The translations under genes and the position numbers were made by a program. A model generated the notes under the pieces. It did not search any database. It saw nothing but the letters and a program-made list of their open reading frames with translations, and was not told where the DNA came from. A stretch of DNA of 63,247 bases, the filler included, from Rhabdomonas costata (Eukaryota), in assembly GCA_019059605.1 (NCBI GenBank). It is 35 parts of 35 records of this genome, joined end to end, with 100 filler letters (N's around TTAATTAATTAA, not from the genome) between each part and the next. Parts side by side here need not be neighbours in the genome. Positions count along the whole stretch, not along the records: positions 36,202 to 37,910 come from JAHMHO010010261.1; positions 38,011 to 39,720 come from JAHMHO010010262.1; positions 39,821 to 41,530 come from JAHMHO010010263.1; positions 41,631 to 43,340 come from JAHMHO010010264.1; positions 43,441 to 45,150 come from JAHMHO010010265.1; positions 45,251 to 46,960 come from JAHMHO010010266.1; positions 47,061 to 48,769 come from JAHMHO010010267.1; 28 more parts are not named here. One strand, given 5' to 3'. Positions 36,204-48,444 of this stretch are shown here, piece after piece (within the stretch, counting starts at the first letter, position 1; every line of letters starts with the position of its first letter).

Positions 36204-37910
36204 GGTGTGTGGGACGCGGCACCGTTTGGAACTTTGGGACATGCGCTTCCCGTGGTCACCAAAAAGGTTTGCGAGGCTAAAATGGCGGAGTGCTCGGATG
36301 AAGATGCCTCCATCTTCCGTGCCATTCTCATCTATGGGCGTTCGGAGGTGATGCCGACCCTGCCTTCAACACCCTCGGCGAAACGACTGCTGAGCTCTCC
36401 CAGATTTTACTTAGACACTGTTTACCTCCACAAGAGGTTTCCGAAGGAGGTTGCCTCCCCCCCCCCCCTCAATTGAACCGTCTCCCTGGTCATTCCGCGA
36501 GGTGTTTCTGAATGAGAATTCTTCATCCCTTGGCACCCTTTGGCAGAATCCTGTAGATGAAATGAAATGAAACAAAAAAAGGATAAATGAATTGCCCATC
36601 ATTCAGTGGTTTGTTGGTTGGTCGGGGGCGAAAGGACGAAGCACGCAGAGAAGGGCAGGGTGTCCTGTGCCTGCTAAAAAATGAATGGCGCTGTCACCCT
36701 AAAGCTAAAGGGCATGATGCAGAACGCTGCGTTGGAAAAGTGACCTTGCTTCGCTGCAGCGATACTGGGGAGCAGTGTTCATGCACCACTTCCTCTTTTC
36801 TATTCTTATGTTTTGGGTGGGACGCTGCGTGGCGTGCTCAGTCACACCCACACACATAAACAGCATACTCTCTCGCTCCCGCCCTCCACAAGTGCCCTCT
36901 TGGAGCCCCTCCCCATCATGTACCAAGAGGTTGCAGCGGGTTATGGGGTATAGATGTCTCAGGGAGCTGGAGGGCAATGAACATGTCTCCTGGGAACTGT
37001 CTCTTCCATCCAGCCTGTGGCCCCTCGAGTGTTCAGTGTGTGTGCACCGAGCGGCTGTCCATCCTTTTGGGTTTCCTGTAGGATCCGCGTGTGGGGCAGC
37101 TGCAGGCCATATACGACGTCCTGGTCAGCGTGGAGCACTCTCGCAACAGCACGTACATCTTCGAGGCCTCTGGAAACCTCCGGAGGCTGCACCTGTGCTT
37201 CGCCCAGCTGCTGGCCCATCCTCAGCAGAGGCCTCCACAGGCGGAGTTCCACGCCTCCCTGGATGCTTTCGCTCCACCTCCACCTCCACCTCCACCTCTG
37301 CAGCAGCTGTATGAGCTCTGCGCTTCCTAACTGAAACAAGAAACTATGGGGTGTTCTATTTAAACGGCAGCAATGAATTTTGAATGAAAAGCGCAAGAGC
37401 TCCTTTTTTTACGGCACTGGCCTCCGTATTTTTCTTTTTATAAATGGAAAACCGTGTAATTATGCAGACTTGCCGTTCTTCCCCATCCTCTCAGTGCACC
37501 GCAAGTACCCGAACAGCAGAAGCCTCCGTGTCCTCCTCCGTGTCCTCCTGCGAGGCGGTCGTCTCTGGATCCTGGCCTTGCCGCGGGCTGTGGGGACGCG
37601 ACTACTAATAGAAGATGCACAGACACAGACACAGACAATAGCGATGCCCCTTCTGCAGGAGCTGCTGCAGCTGCATCAGGGGAAGCTACTTCTGTATCAG
37701 CAGCCAATGCTTCCGTTAGCACTGTGGTGATGTCTGCGGCGGAAGAGGTTCCCCCTCCTGCCCCGGTTGTGCCCACGCCAGAGCGTGGTGTTACCGCCTC
37801 GCCACGCACCCAACCCACGGTCAACCCCTTGGAAGAGTTCTTCTCGAGCCCTGCAATCGAATCTGAAGGGGGACCCACTCCCGCTCCTCCGCAAGCCAGG
37901 ACACCAAACC
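36204..37910 (+). CDS. BABAM1: BRISC/BRCA1-A complex member 1 (MERIT40/NBA1) homolog, C-terminal vWA half
   Basis: Exon <36204-36449 ..IFRAILIYGRSEVMP..LLSSPRFYLDTVYLHK; intron 36450-37081; exon from 37082 ..QAIYDVL..STYIFEASGNLRRLHLCFAQLLAHPQQRPPQ (cf. RTILVYSR..PYFFFDVVYIH..LHNCMAKLLAHPLQRP). It either stops at 37330 or splices 37308^37495 into an open Pro/Ala-rich tail reaching the contig end. Confidence 0.85.
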
Positions 37911-39827
37911 NNNNNNNNNNNNNNNNNNNNNNNNNNNNNNNNNNNNNNNNNNNNTTAATTAATTAANNNNNNNNNNNNNNNNNNNNNNNNNNNNNNNNNN
38001 NNNNNNNNNNGACGACATGAATTGACGACATGAATTGAATGGGGCACAGTTTTAAATTGATTAGGAAACGGCAAGCCGCACACCAAATTAAGGTACAAGG
38101 CGGACAAAACATGACGCCTGTGCCAGTGGTCGAAGGTCAAGGTCCCTTGGCCCAGAAACAACCTGGATTTTCACTGGAAGCCGGAGCTTCTTGCGCCTCG
38201 CTTTTCGCGGGTTTTTGTAGCCTCCCTTCCCCGAAAAGAGTCAAATCCTATTAGTTTAATACCCTTACTACCTCCATTCTGTATATATCAATGCGCGGTT
38301 TTTCATGTGGCCGCGTCGAATTCGAGCGGTGGATTTCCGCATTTTTCAGTTTTGTTCTTCCCCATGCCCACGCGCCTCTCCTAGAAGTTTCCCCTTAGAT
38401 TCGGGTCTTTCCCAATCCCTTTTGGCATTTGACGCTTTTTGCTTGGATACGGTGCCCCATGCCTTCGTTTCGATCGATCGATCGATCCGTAAGAAACGCG
38501 CAAGCCGTAAGTGGCAGGCCCCAAACCGGCGAACAAGGCCAACAACGCGAAGCCCAACCATAGCTTCACTTTTCCGCGGTCCACGTGCCCCCCAATGTTG
38601 GGATCTGCCCCAATGGGTGGTTCAGGTTTGGATTCCAAACCCCAAAACTTTCAACGGCTTTTTTGCGTTTTTGCCATGTGTGAAGTTTATTTTTCGTATT
38701 CCCAAAGACGCGCTGCTTGCGACCAACAACCTCCTTGTTTTGCGGCGGCTTTGAGCCCACGAGGGCGACGCCCAACCATAACAAGCACAAACAACGGAAA
38801 ATGAAGCCCTCATTGCGTTCGGTTTCCCTGGTTTTTTGCCTGAACGGACAATCTTGTGCAAAGACTTTGCTCTTGCGACCAGTCTGCCCCTTGCCCCTGA
38901 ACAGAGGTGGTTTCTTCCCATGCTCCTCTTTTCCTCAAACGCCGCTTAATGTTGTTCTGGTCGGTCTTCTCTTTGAAAATCCTACTCTATTGTCATTTCC
39001 TCTCCGTCTCTCTAGTGTTTCTGGCCTCCGCTTTCTCTCTATGACACTTCCCCTTATATAATTTCTCTCTATGAAGCCATTACCCCCCCCGCCGCGCTGT
39101 TACAATCGTACACTTTCTATTGGCTTCCACGTCATGTAATCGACTTTCTTTTCCTTCCCCCCCCTGCCTGGGTCCGGGCTCTTTTCCGACAACTCTGTCC
39201 TGCAACTTGCCTTATATGCGTTCTCTTCTCTTATTTCTTTCTTTTTTCATTGCGCTCCTTTGCGCCTTTGGCCGGCCTTGTCCTTACTCTGTCCCTCTGC
39301 GCTTCCACCCCTGTGTTTCCCGCTGAGTTTGCGCCATGAGCTCAATTTGCACTAGGTTCGCTTCTGATTCTTCTCCAGAATTCTGAAGGATCCTCCCAGT
39401 TATGCTGGTTGCCATCCGTGGTGTTCAAAGTGATCCTTGCCTTCTCCTTCTCAACAAAAGCCGCTGCTACTCTTCATACTATCCACTCCCACAGTTTTCC
39501 ATTCAAACCATGTCGTCCTCGACACCTGCTATCTTTGGCTATCGCCCTTCCAAAAACACTTTTCTCACCTAAAACGTCTACGATGTTTCCATGCAACTTT
39601 ATTGAAAGCTAAGCTTACGCTTTTCTCCATCTTTCCAACTTACACTTAACGTCACCACCTTACTAATCTACTGATATTTCACTGATTCCCTGTTTTATAA
39701 CAAATTAGCACCATGTTAACNNNNNNNNNNNNNNNNNNNNNNNNNNNNNNNNNNNNNNNNNNNNTTAATTAATTAANNNNNNNNNNNNNNNNNNNNNNNN
39801 NNNNNNNNNNNNNNNNNNNNTGTGGGG

Positions 39828-39989
39828 GGGTACTTTGCTGTAAGGCATGCTAGCACACCAGGTTACAGTTGTGACAGCGCGACAGACTGCCATGCAAGGT
39901 GAGGCCATATCGTATGCTGCACTTCTGCAATCTGTCGCGCTGTCACAACTGTAACCTGGTGTGCTAGCATGCCTTACAGCAAAGTACCC
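39828..39989. mobile_element. Foldback/MITE-like element, 59-bp perfect inverted arms, 44-bp loop
   Basis: gggtactttgctgtaaggcatgctagcacaccaggttacagttgtgacagcgcgacaga (39828-39886) and its exact reverse complement (39931-39989). Confidence 0.75.
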
Positions 39990-40854
39990 TGCGCAGCAAT
40001 GACACACATCGATTCAGCGCGTTGGAGTCCTGTCATGGAGCGCCCGCTAATGTGCCCAAAGTGCGCCCCTGTTGGGCGGGGCTGATACACAGCTTCAAGT
40101 GTACACTGCTACGGTTAACAAACGGCACGAGGGCACCACACTTTTCTTTCTTTGTTTGCGGAGGTGGTGGGATGCAGCTTCTCTCGGTGAAGTTGCGGGT
40201 TTTGGAGGTGCTTAATCATCGTATTGGGCTCCGGACTGCTTCCCTCGAGTGAAGCATGAAGCCCGAACTTCGAAAGTGAAGTGCGAAAGTAGCCGCCCGA
40301 GGCCAAACACCGCTGCCAGAGGGGAAAAAAACTTGGGGGGTGGCACATTCAGAAAGTGAAGACAGCATGAAAGAAAAGAAGCTACCATGATGTGCCTCGT
40401 GGAGCCAAACTTTTGCCAGAACAGTACCCCGAATGCAAGTGCAAGTGTTCGTTTTTTTGTTGGTGGGAAGCCATTCTCTCCCCTCCACAACACAATTGGA
40501 CAAGGCAACAACTTGACACAATGTTCATCCAATTTCACAAGCAGTGCATGCGAACAGAAGCAGCCATATGAACTTCCGAAACACAAAAACGACAGGAAAG
40601 CCTTTCTCTGAGGTCCAATACGGAGTACCACGCACAGAAACAGGCAAGAAAAAGGAAACCAAGACCGAAGCTACAAAGTATATACACTCCGCACAAAAAA
40701 ACTTAACTTGACATACATGATGCAAGAACACGGATGGGGGGAGATGGGAAATGGGAGAGAGTTGCGGAAAGCCCAATGGGACTGAGATGCAAGCACCGCT
40801 ATCCGTCTGGGGTCCGCAAATGTCTTGGCGGATACCATCTCAAGCCCCGACTAC

Positions 40855-41530
40855 CTAATCCACGATCATCACAGAGCGCCTTGGCCCAGAGGCCCGGGAG
40901 GACATCCGGATGCTGGGCAGGGTTGGCGGCTCGGCGTCCTTGCCGGGGGCCTGCGACTCCGAGGCCATGCTCTGAAGGGTTAAAAATCGCACCGGGTTAT
41001 TGTCATGGACCTTAAAAACTCATGAAAGGATGGATCGAAGTGGTCTGGTCAGGGCGGGCCTTTTTTGGTCGGATTTCTTTCGCATTTTTTTTTTTGCAAT
41101 TTCCTTTTTCGAAAACCCCCAAAAGCCCAATTGATTAGAAAAGGTGGTCATGCTATGAAGGGCATAACGGTCTTTTTTTTTTTTTTTGCAATTTTCTGGT
41201 GTGCTTTTTGGGTGATGGTGGTGGTGGAGGATAAGGATGGTAAACGGGTTTTCGTTGCTAAACGAGATTTCGCTTAAGGAGCTTGCAACACAGCGACCAA
41301 TGCACATGAAAGCCACCACATAACATCACATAACAGCGATACTCCATGCCATGCACCAGATCCCGGCACCTGGTCAAAGAGTTCCGAGGTGGACATCTTC
41401 TCGGAGCTCTCCACGTCCAGCATCTGCTGCTGAAGCTGAACCCATGCACAAGCCCGGAGGTAGAGCGTGCCCTCCGGGGAGGCCGTCCACGCGTTCAGAG
41501 TCTCCATGATGCCCTGGATGCCCAACAACA
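40855..41530 (-). CDS. Hypothetical protein, last two exons
   Basis: Exon >41528-41370 (LGIQGIMETLNAWTASPEGTLYLRACAW..ELFDQ|GTGCCG) and exon 40971-40855 (SMASESQAPGKDAEPP..SVMIVD*) form a phase-0 join. Confidence 0.45.
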
Positions 41531-42105
41531 NNNNNNNNNNNNNNNNNNNNNNNNNNNNNNNNNNNNNNNNNNNNTTAATTAATTAANNNNNNNNNNNNNN
41601 NNNNNNNNNNNNNNNNNNNNNNNNNNNNNNGTTGTGGTTTCCTTCGAGAAAGTAATCGCTGCACCCCATGTGTGTTGAGCACAGGTTGTCAGCTATACGG
41701 CGAATAAGCGAAACTTTTGAGGTCAGGCTTATACGGAATTTCCACGTTTGATCTCATTCGTTTCCCTGGTTCTTGCATTTACGTTTTGAAAACGGTCAGA
41801 GACTGGTCCATCCTGTTTGAATCAATTCCCTCTCTGGAGAATAGCGTGCTATTCGCCGGATTCCCGAGGATTTTGTGCGTTCCTGCATTCCGCCACGTGG
41901 TTGCGAGTTCAACGGAATTGAATAACTCAAATCCTATTTAGAGGTGCAACCAAAACGAAGCAAATGCGTGCTTGAGAACAGCGAATCAGCTTTTTGGATG
42001 GTGCATCCGGAAGGGCATAGTGCGACTGCTGCTGCTGCCATTTGGCTCTATTAGAATTAGAGGAATGTGGGCTGCGTTCAAACTTTTCCCTATTTCAATC
42101 CTCAG

Positions 42106-43340
42106 AGGCGAAGTACCACGAGATTATAGTCCCCACCACCGACACCACCCGGTACTCCGCCCTGCTGCGGCGAATGATAGACTACAACTTGCCATTGATG
42201 TTCGTTGGAGACACGGGTACGGGGAAGAGTATCCTGGTGAAGGATATGCTCCTGAACCGCGTCGACAAGGATCGTTACGTGCCGCTCTTCGTGCAGTTCT
42301 CCGCCCAGACCTCCGCCAACCAGACCCAGGATGTCATCGACCAGAGAATGGAGAAGCGCCGGAAGGGTGCGTCACACCGAAGGGGGGCGGAGGATTGGAG
42401 GGGTGGATTGGAGTTCTTGTTGCTGCCACGTTTACGTCACTGTTCACTACTGTCCTCTTGCATTCTTTGATTCGTTGGAAATTTGTCCAAAGGGTGCGCG
42501 AGATGCATTTGACTTGTATGCGACAGTTGCTCATTCAAGTTAATTGTTTTAATTGTTTGTATGGTCCAGGGTAAGACATTTCTACGTTTGCGTGAAAAAC
42601 CAAAAAAAAAAAGAACTTATAAAGAAACATAAAATACAGGGGTTTCGAGTAGTTTTAAAATAGTTTTAAAGTGTCGTAAAGAAAATCTTCAGGGTAGGGC
42701 CGGAAATATAAATTGAAATTTCCTTCGGAAATTTCTCCTCGCAAGCACAAAAGAACAGCACAAAAAGCACGTCCACTGGAACATTGAAGAGAAAACCGAA
42801 GGTAATAGACATGGTCGGGGACGTGAGTTTTTCTGTGGCGGGTGGGAGGTCGTGACCTCCACCGCCGTGCGAGGGAGGAAACGGCGCGTTAACACGGAGA
42901 AAAAGTCTCCCGTGACGTGAGCCAACGTGAACCAGGAGTTTTTTACGAGCTTGCGGCGAAATGGTTGTGCGTGTGTTCCGGCACACACTCATCTAGACGT
43001 TCCATACATTGATATCGTATTTTGCAGTCCGAGATCAACTATAATATTACAAATCGAAGTCAGATCAAAGGTAAAATACGGAAGGGAGGGGGGACGAAGA
43101 AAAACCCATTAAACAAGTAAAAAAATGTTAGAGTTTCGCACAAAGATGTCTCTCCCTGGTTGCCACAAGCGAGACGTTTGCTCTGCGGACTGATGGCCCT
43201 TTGAGTGAGCATCTGTATTGAGGTGTGGCCTATCCCGCTCTCAGGGGTGTACGGGCCTCCCATCGGGAAGCGCTGCCTGATCTTCGTGGACGACCTGAAC
43301 ATGCCCGAGCTGGAGGAGTACGGCGCCCAGCCCCCGATCG
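42106..43340 (+). CDS. Dynein heavy chain (axonemal-type), AAA3 region, two internal exons
   Basis: Exon 42106-42366 ..[46 protein letters not shown]; intron 42367-43244; exon 43245->43340 [31 protein letters not shown]. The paralog cannot be assigned. Confidence 0.97.
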
Positions 43341-45431
43341 NNNNNNNNNNNNNNNNNNNNNNNNNNNNNNNNNNNNNNNNNNNNTTAATTAATTAANNNN
43401 NNNNNNNNNNNNNNNNNNNNNNNNNNNNNNNNNNNNNNNNGGTGGATGTGCCCCAGCATCACCTCAAAACCGAACCAAAAACGAACCAAAACCGAACCCC
43501 TTTCCCCCATCCAATCCAACTCTCTTTTCTGGACAGCCTTCTTACGTTCGAAGAGGGAGGCTCTACCCCTCCGGACCAGTTACCAAAAACAGGGTCAACC
43601 GCCTGGGTCGGATGCTTGATGCTGAAGGCGGAACGTACGACGGAAGTACACAATTAGTTTGAACAACAGCATCAACGCGGACTGAGGAATGAGTTCTCGG
43701 GTGTTCACCACAAAGAGATAGATCCAGAACATAGTCCAATGAGGACGCAGCACCTTGCCTTTTCCATAACGATTTTACAATCATGGATCACTACTTTTTC
43801 CCCCAACTGCAAGAAAGAATGACGGCTTGAGAGACACTTCGACCAAGGCAAAAGCACAAAACCTGTGCAGATAGTGCTGCCGAATACGGTCGTAACCGGA
43901 GGGTCTCAAGAACCCACACCGCAGTGGAGTGCTCACAGGGCGCCGCAAGGAGCCGCTGCTGTTCTGCTCTGGTCGGGGCAGAAGCGGGGACTGCAGCCAT
44001 GGACGGGGCTGGCCCCAGGTAGGGCGGCGACCATCGAACCCTTCGGACTCCCGGAGCGAAGTAATGGCCTCGTGGTACGCCGGTTCTGGGCACCTGCTGC
44101 AAACAAGAAAAATGAGGGGGATCCTGCCCTGAAACTGGACTTTGCAATGCAGCAACAAATTCCACGAGGAAAGCTACACTCAAACACCAGAAACCACTTT
44201 GCTTTTTTGCTTTGGAGAATGCCCGTGGAAGAACTCAAGACTGTGGAAAAAGCCATTGAGCATTCTGTCGAAAGGACGGCTCGTGCGATGGGGGGCGTTC
44301 GCGCATACAAGCTCAGTGCCTTGCTGGTGCTCACAGATGGATCCAGAGACCCGCAGAGCTGGCGTAGCGTGGCGGAGGGCAGTGCTGAACAGAGGAGGGG
44401 AAAAGGAGCACCTTTTGCAGAGGGGTCCTGAAACTCTGGAAGGCAAAATGGATAATACGTGGCTCTCGGTGAAGACTGAAAATATCAAAGGAGATCATGG
44501 GGAGACATCATCGGATTCTTGTCGACACCGTTTCGTTTTTTGTTTGTGGTGTTGGGAGCGGAAATTGAGACCGCCTTGGCGGGTTCCTCACCTTGCCCGT
44601 TTCTGTTACGGTTAATTCGTTTTCAGCAAGCCCGCAGTGAATTTGGGCCGGGGGTGCGACGACCCAAAGCGAGCTTTCAAAAAAGAAGAAGAAAAGTAAG
44701 CTCCCGAAAAAAATTTCGAGACTGTTTCGTTATGATAGGATGCGTTCCTTAAAAGCAATGCCCGTGGCCACGCTGAGTTGCACACAGGTATGGCGGGAAG
44801 AGAAAGCGCACGCACCTGTGCGGTGGGATGAAGGCCAGTCATCCTTCCCCTCACCCAGCTGAGATCTACACAATAAGTGCAAGACCAATATGCAAGAAAA
44901 AGCGGCACACGATACAATTGACATGTCTATGCTTACAAACAGGAATGGACTTCCACAGTAAATGGCCTTATCCACCCTGCGCGCAGATAAGCTCTGAAGA
45001 GTGTTTGCTCCTGCTTTTCTTCTTCTTCGCCCTGCAAGCCGGTACACGAATGCTAAGTCAGGCACGTTTGGAAGGGGTGAAACATTCAGCTTACTGGCGA
45101 GAACCCCCCCCCCGAAAAAATATCCAACACACACCACCAAACACACCCACNNNNNNNNNNNNNNNNNNNNNNNNNNNNNNNNNNNNNNNNNNNNTTAATT
45201 AATTAANNNNNNNNNNNNNNNNNNNNNNNNNNNNNNNNNNNNNNNNNNNNGTGGTTTTGTCCGCCAGTATTCTGCTTCCACTGGAAACCGTTACCACTCC
45301 CCCCGTCCCAACCTTGAGTGGGCCAGTGGGATGTGTGTCTGGCCCTCGGGCCGCGGGCCGCGGTTTTGATGAAGAAGCCCGCCGTTTTTCCGGTTCCCTC
45401 AATTCCCTTCCCGATGGCGATGTGGGAACAG

Positions 45432-45713
45432 GTGATGATGCCGGAAATGAGTGGCCTGGAGGCCACACAGCGGCTCCACGCCGACCCCCGGTACCGCGCC
45501 GTACCCGTGGTTGGAGTCACGGGGAACTGCGGCAGCGAGGGCACGCGGGCCTGTCTGGAGGCTGGGATGACCGCCGTGCTGGGGAAACCCATCGACACCC
45601 CGGCCATGCTGGCCTTGCTGCAAAGGCTGTTAGAGCCGACGCTGTCCACCAGCGCCCCTGTCTCCACAGAGAGCCTGCACAGGCCACGGCGATCTGAAGG
45701 AGAAACCAGCTAA
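45432..45713 (+). CDS. Response-regulator receiver domain (C-terminal half), terminal exon, likely of a hybrid histidine kinase
   Basis: After a CAG acceptor it reads VMMPEMSGLEATQRL..VPVVGVTGN..CLEAGMTAVLGKPID..LLQRLL, containing the REC motifs MP..G, T and KP. Confidence 0.9.
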   Translation: MMMPEMSGLEATQRLHADPRYRAVPVVGVTGNCGSEGTRACLEAGMTAVLGKPIDTPAMLALLQRLLEPTLSTSAPVSTESLHRPRRSEGETS

Positions 45714-46358
45714 ACAGTGAAAGCTCTACGCACAACGAAGGCATACTAGTAAAGTAGTGCGCACCCAGACAAATCACTGCTTCTGCTTAAGCCACTTGAT
45801 AAGCCTAGCAACACCCCAAAACTGAGAATTTCGTCTGGCATTTCGAACAGAAGGTTTTTTATCTTCTATTGGTGGTGCCGCTGGTCCCTCGCGACATCCT
45901 ATAATGTGCTGTGGTTAAAAAAGTCAGTTTACCGTGTAGCCTCGTGCATTTTACCGCCACGGTACTGAAGCCAGGAAGGGCCCTCCTCCAACATTATCAG
46001 AAACAACCACGCCGCCACAGCAGCTGTCATCAAAGCAGTTGCACACTTGATGGTGGATTTATGCCGATCAAAGAAAAAGGACTTTCAGTGGAACCTCAGA
46101 AACGTACGCTTTCAGCACCTCATCGTCGAAGGGGCATGGATCCATCATGCTTCTTTGCACCGGGACCCCTCTCCCCAACCTTCGGGTTTTTCGCGGGCAT
46201 TCTCGGCAAGTGCGCACGCACACACACAAGACCGGTGTCTGTGGTGCGGCAAGGCAGACACGAAGAGGCATGTGTGGTGTGGCTGATGCGGTACGATGTG
46301 TGCGCAAGGAGAAAGCCCAGAAACGGATGGATGCATGCCCTCCCCCCTAACGGCACAC

Positions 46359-46795
46359 CTTTGAAGACGATCTTATGTCTCCCTGGGGCACTGGTGAAAA
46401 TCTCCGCGATGCCCCCGGGAAGGATGTACAGATGTCTGGGGGCGCGTCCTGGGACGCTATCCACCTTCCCCTCCACAAGGCCTCGCCGCAGCACACTGTA
46501 CTTCGCACTACCCCCACCCAAGAGCCCCATCACATTCCGCAGGAAGGGGGCGTGAGTGACAATGTCCGCCACCGCTCCAAACCCGTAGCACTCCCGGGAG
46601 CCATCGGAGAGGTACTGATCCCCGTACGCCGCCCACAGCAAGGAGTGAAAGGGAACGATGCCATGGGGGTGCATCGCGAGAATCATCTGATGGTGCTCCG
46701 CATAGCCCACACGGGCGAGAGCCTCCTCGGGGCCAATGTTCGTGGAGAACGCGAAGAGCTCGTACCACAGCTGCCCCAGTTTCCGAAAGGGTTTC
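46359..46795 (-). CDS. DGAT2/MOGAT-family acyltransferase, internal exon
   Basis: ..QMILAMHPHGIVPF..ADIVTHAPFLRNVMGLLGGGSA..LYILPGGIAEIF..HKIVFK contains the HPHG and PGG..E motifs. TTTAG acceptor, GTGTGC donor. Confidence 0.92.
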
Positions 46796-48337
46796 CTAAA
46801 ACCATTGGTGGGGAAACAGGGCAGAGAATGGCCACAAAAGGGCTTGCGCCAGTGAGTTATAACGGTCTTGACAAAGACAGAAAAAAAATTGTATACCAAA
46901 CCTCTCAGTTGCTGCAAACCGCAGGCAGACACACCGTAAACTCTTCGCTCAAACCCCCACNNNNNNNNNNNNNNNNNNNNNNNNNNNNNNNNNNNNNNNN
47001 NNNNTTAATTAATTAANNNNNNNNNNNNNNNNNNNNNNNNNNNNNNNNNNNNNNNNNNNNTGTGGTTTTGATGACCATTTTTTTATCTAACGGTGACATG
47101 GACATTGACTTCCCTCTCTCCTTCCCGCAGACCATTAGCCTCGCCGAGATGGCTCAGTCCTTGCAGCACAGTGTTGGGTTCGGGTTTGGCATGATGACTG
47201 TTCAGTCCTTGCCCAACCCCTTGAAAGGAAGGGTCAAGTCCTTGTAAGAAGTCCCTCCCACTCCTTCCTCTCCTCCTTGCCGTCGTCCTTTTCGTTTTTT
47301 CCGTTCTCGTTTGCGTGTTGTCTGCAGCAGGCTTGGTTCCCCTTCGAGGCCCCCCATACGTCCTCTTTCGTAAGTGTGCGCTATTGTCTTTCGTGCGTCG
47401 GAGAACTTTATCCAGAGCTTGGATTTCGGTCCTGGCTCATAGCTTCCCCTCTCCTCCCCCTTTTTTTTACCCTTCTTGGGCGGTTTTTGAAGAGCTTGTG
47501 GGTTTCGTTTGCAGAGGCTGTTCTGGAGGCCTGGCCCTGCTTGGTCAGTCGTTGTTTTTTTGTCCATATGCTGCCCTTCGTACATCCGAAGCAGGGAGGG
47601 AGCGTTGCAGGGGGGTGGGGTGCAAAGAGGGAGAGTGCTTCTCACTCCGTGGAAACGGGCACCGAAATCGATTGAGCACTACGTCAAGTCTACGACGTCT
47701 TAACGTTACAGATTTTTTTTTACAATAGTGCCAGTGGCAGTGAGCCGGGATATCTCACCCGGATAAAGGGTGTGTGCACATGTCCATTCTCTCACACATA
47801 CATGCACAATGCAAAATGTGCTTCGCTGGAGCTGCTTAGTTACGCTTCAGCTCTGCAAACGGGTTTTGGACTTGCTCGGAACTTTTCTGCCCTTACAAGA
47901 CATGTCCTCTCCCACAATCAGAGATGCTGGCTCTGGCACCGGAATTCTTCGCAACTGGTGCACGGGGCGTTGTGTTCTGGTTGGCAAGTGCCACCTTCCC
48001 CCTTCTCTCCTCTCTCTTTCGCTCTCTCGTTTTGTACGAGGTTTTTTTGGAAGTCGAGTGCTGAAGGTGTGCACATTTACGACAGAATCTGCTGCTGCGA
48101 GCTTACGTCTGCAGGTGTTGAGGTGGGCATCATGGGAACCACTCAATCAATATCAATAATACATGAACGGTTACGTTCCTGTATGGCCGGACGTATGCCG
48201 GATCATGAATGTCATCTTCTGATTGAGATCTATGGAGGGAGACCTCCTAAACCCCAACATCAACTTCAATCGTCTAGTAATTTCCAAATTGTAGCTCCAC
48301 CTGTGCTGCATTAATTAATAATCGTTGAGGCATAGGG

Positions 48338-48444
48338 ATGTTCAAACCATTCAATCAGGGAGCTCGGCCTCAATACACAGCCTGTAGCATGGCACTATCG
48401 AGGTTGCATTGAGGCCGAGCTCCCTGATTGAATGGTTTGTACAT
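48338..48444. mobile_element. Foldback/MITE-like element, 37-bp arms (32-bp perfect core)
   Basis: caaaccattcaatcagggagctcggcctcaat (48343-48374) and its reverse complement (48408-48439), flanked by atgtt / tacat. Confidence 0.65.

Noticed and set aside
38800..39720. Pyrimidine-rich tract as a decayed tyrosine-recombinase (DIRS) gene on the minus strand
   Set aside because: No catalytic R-H-R-H/W-Y motif could be read convincingly.
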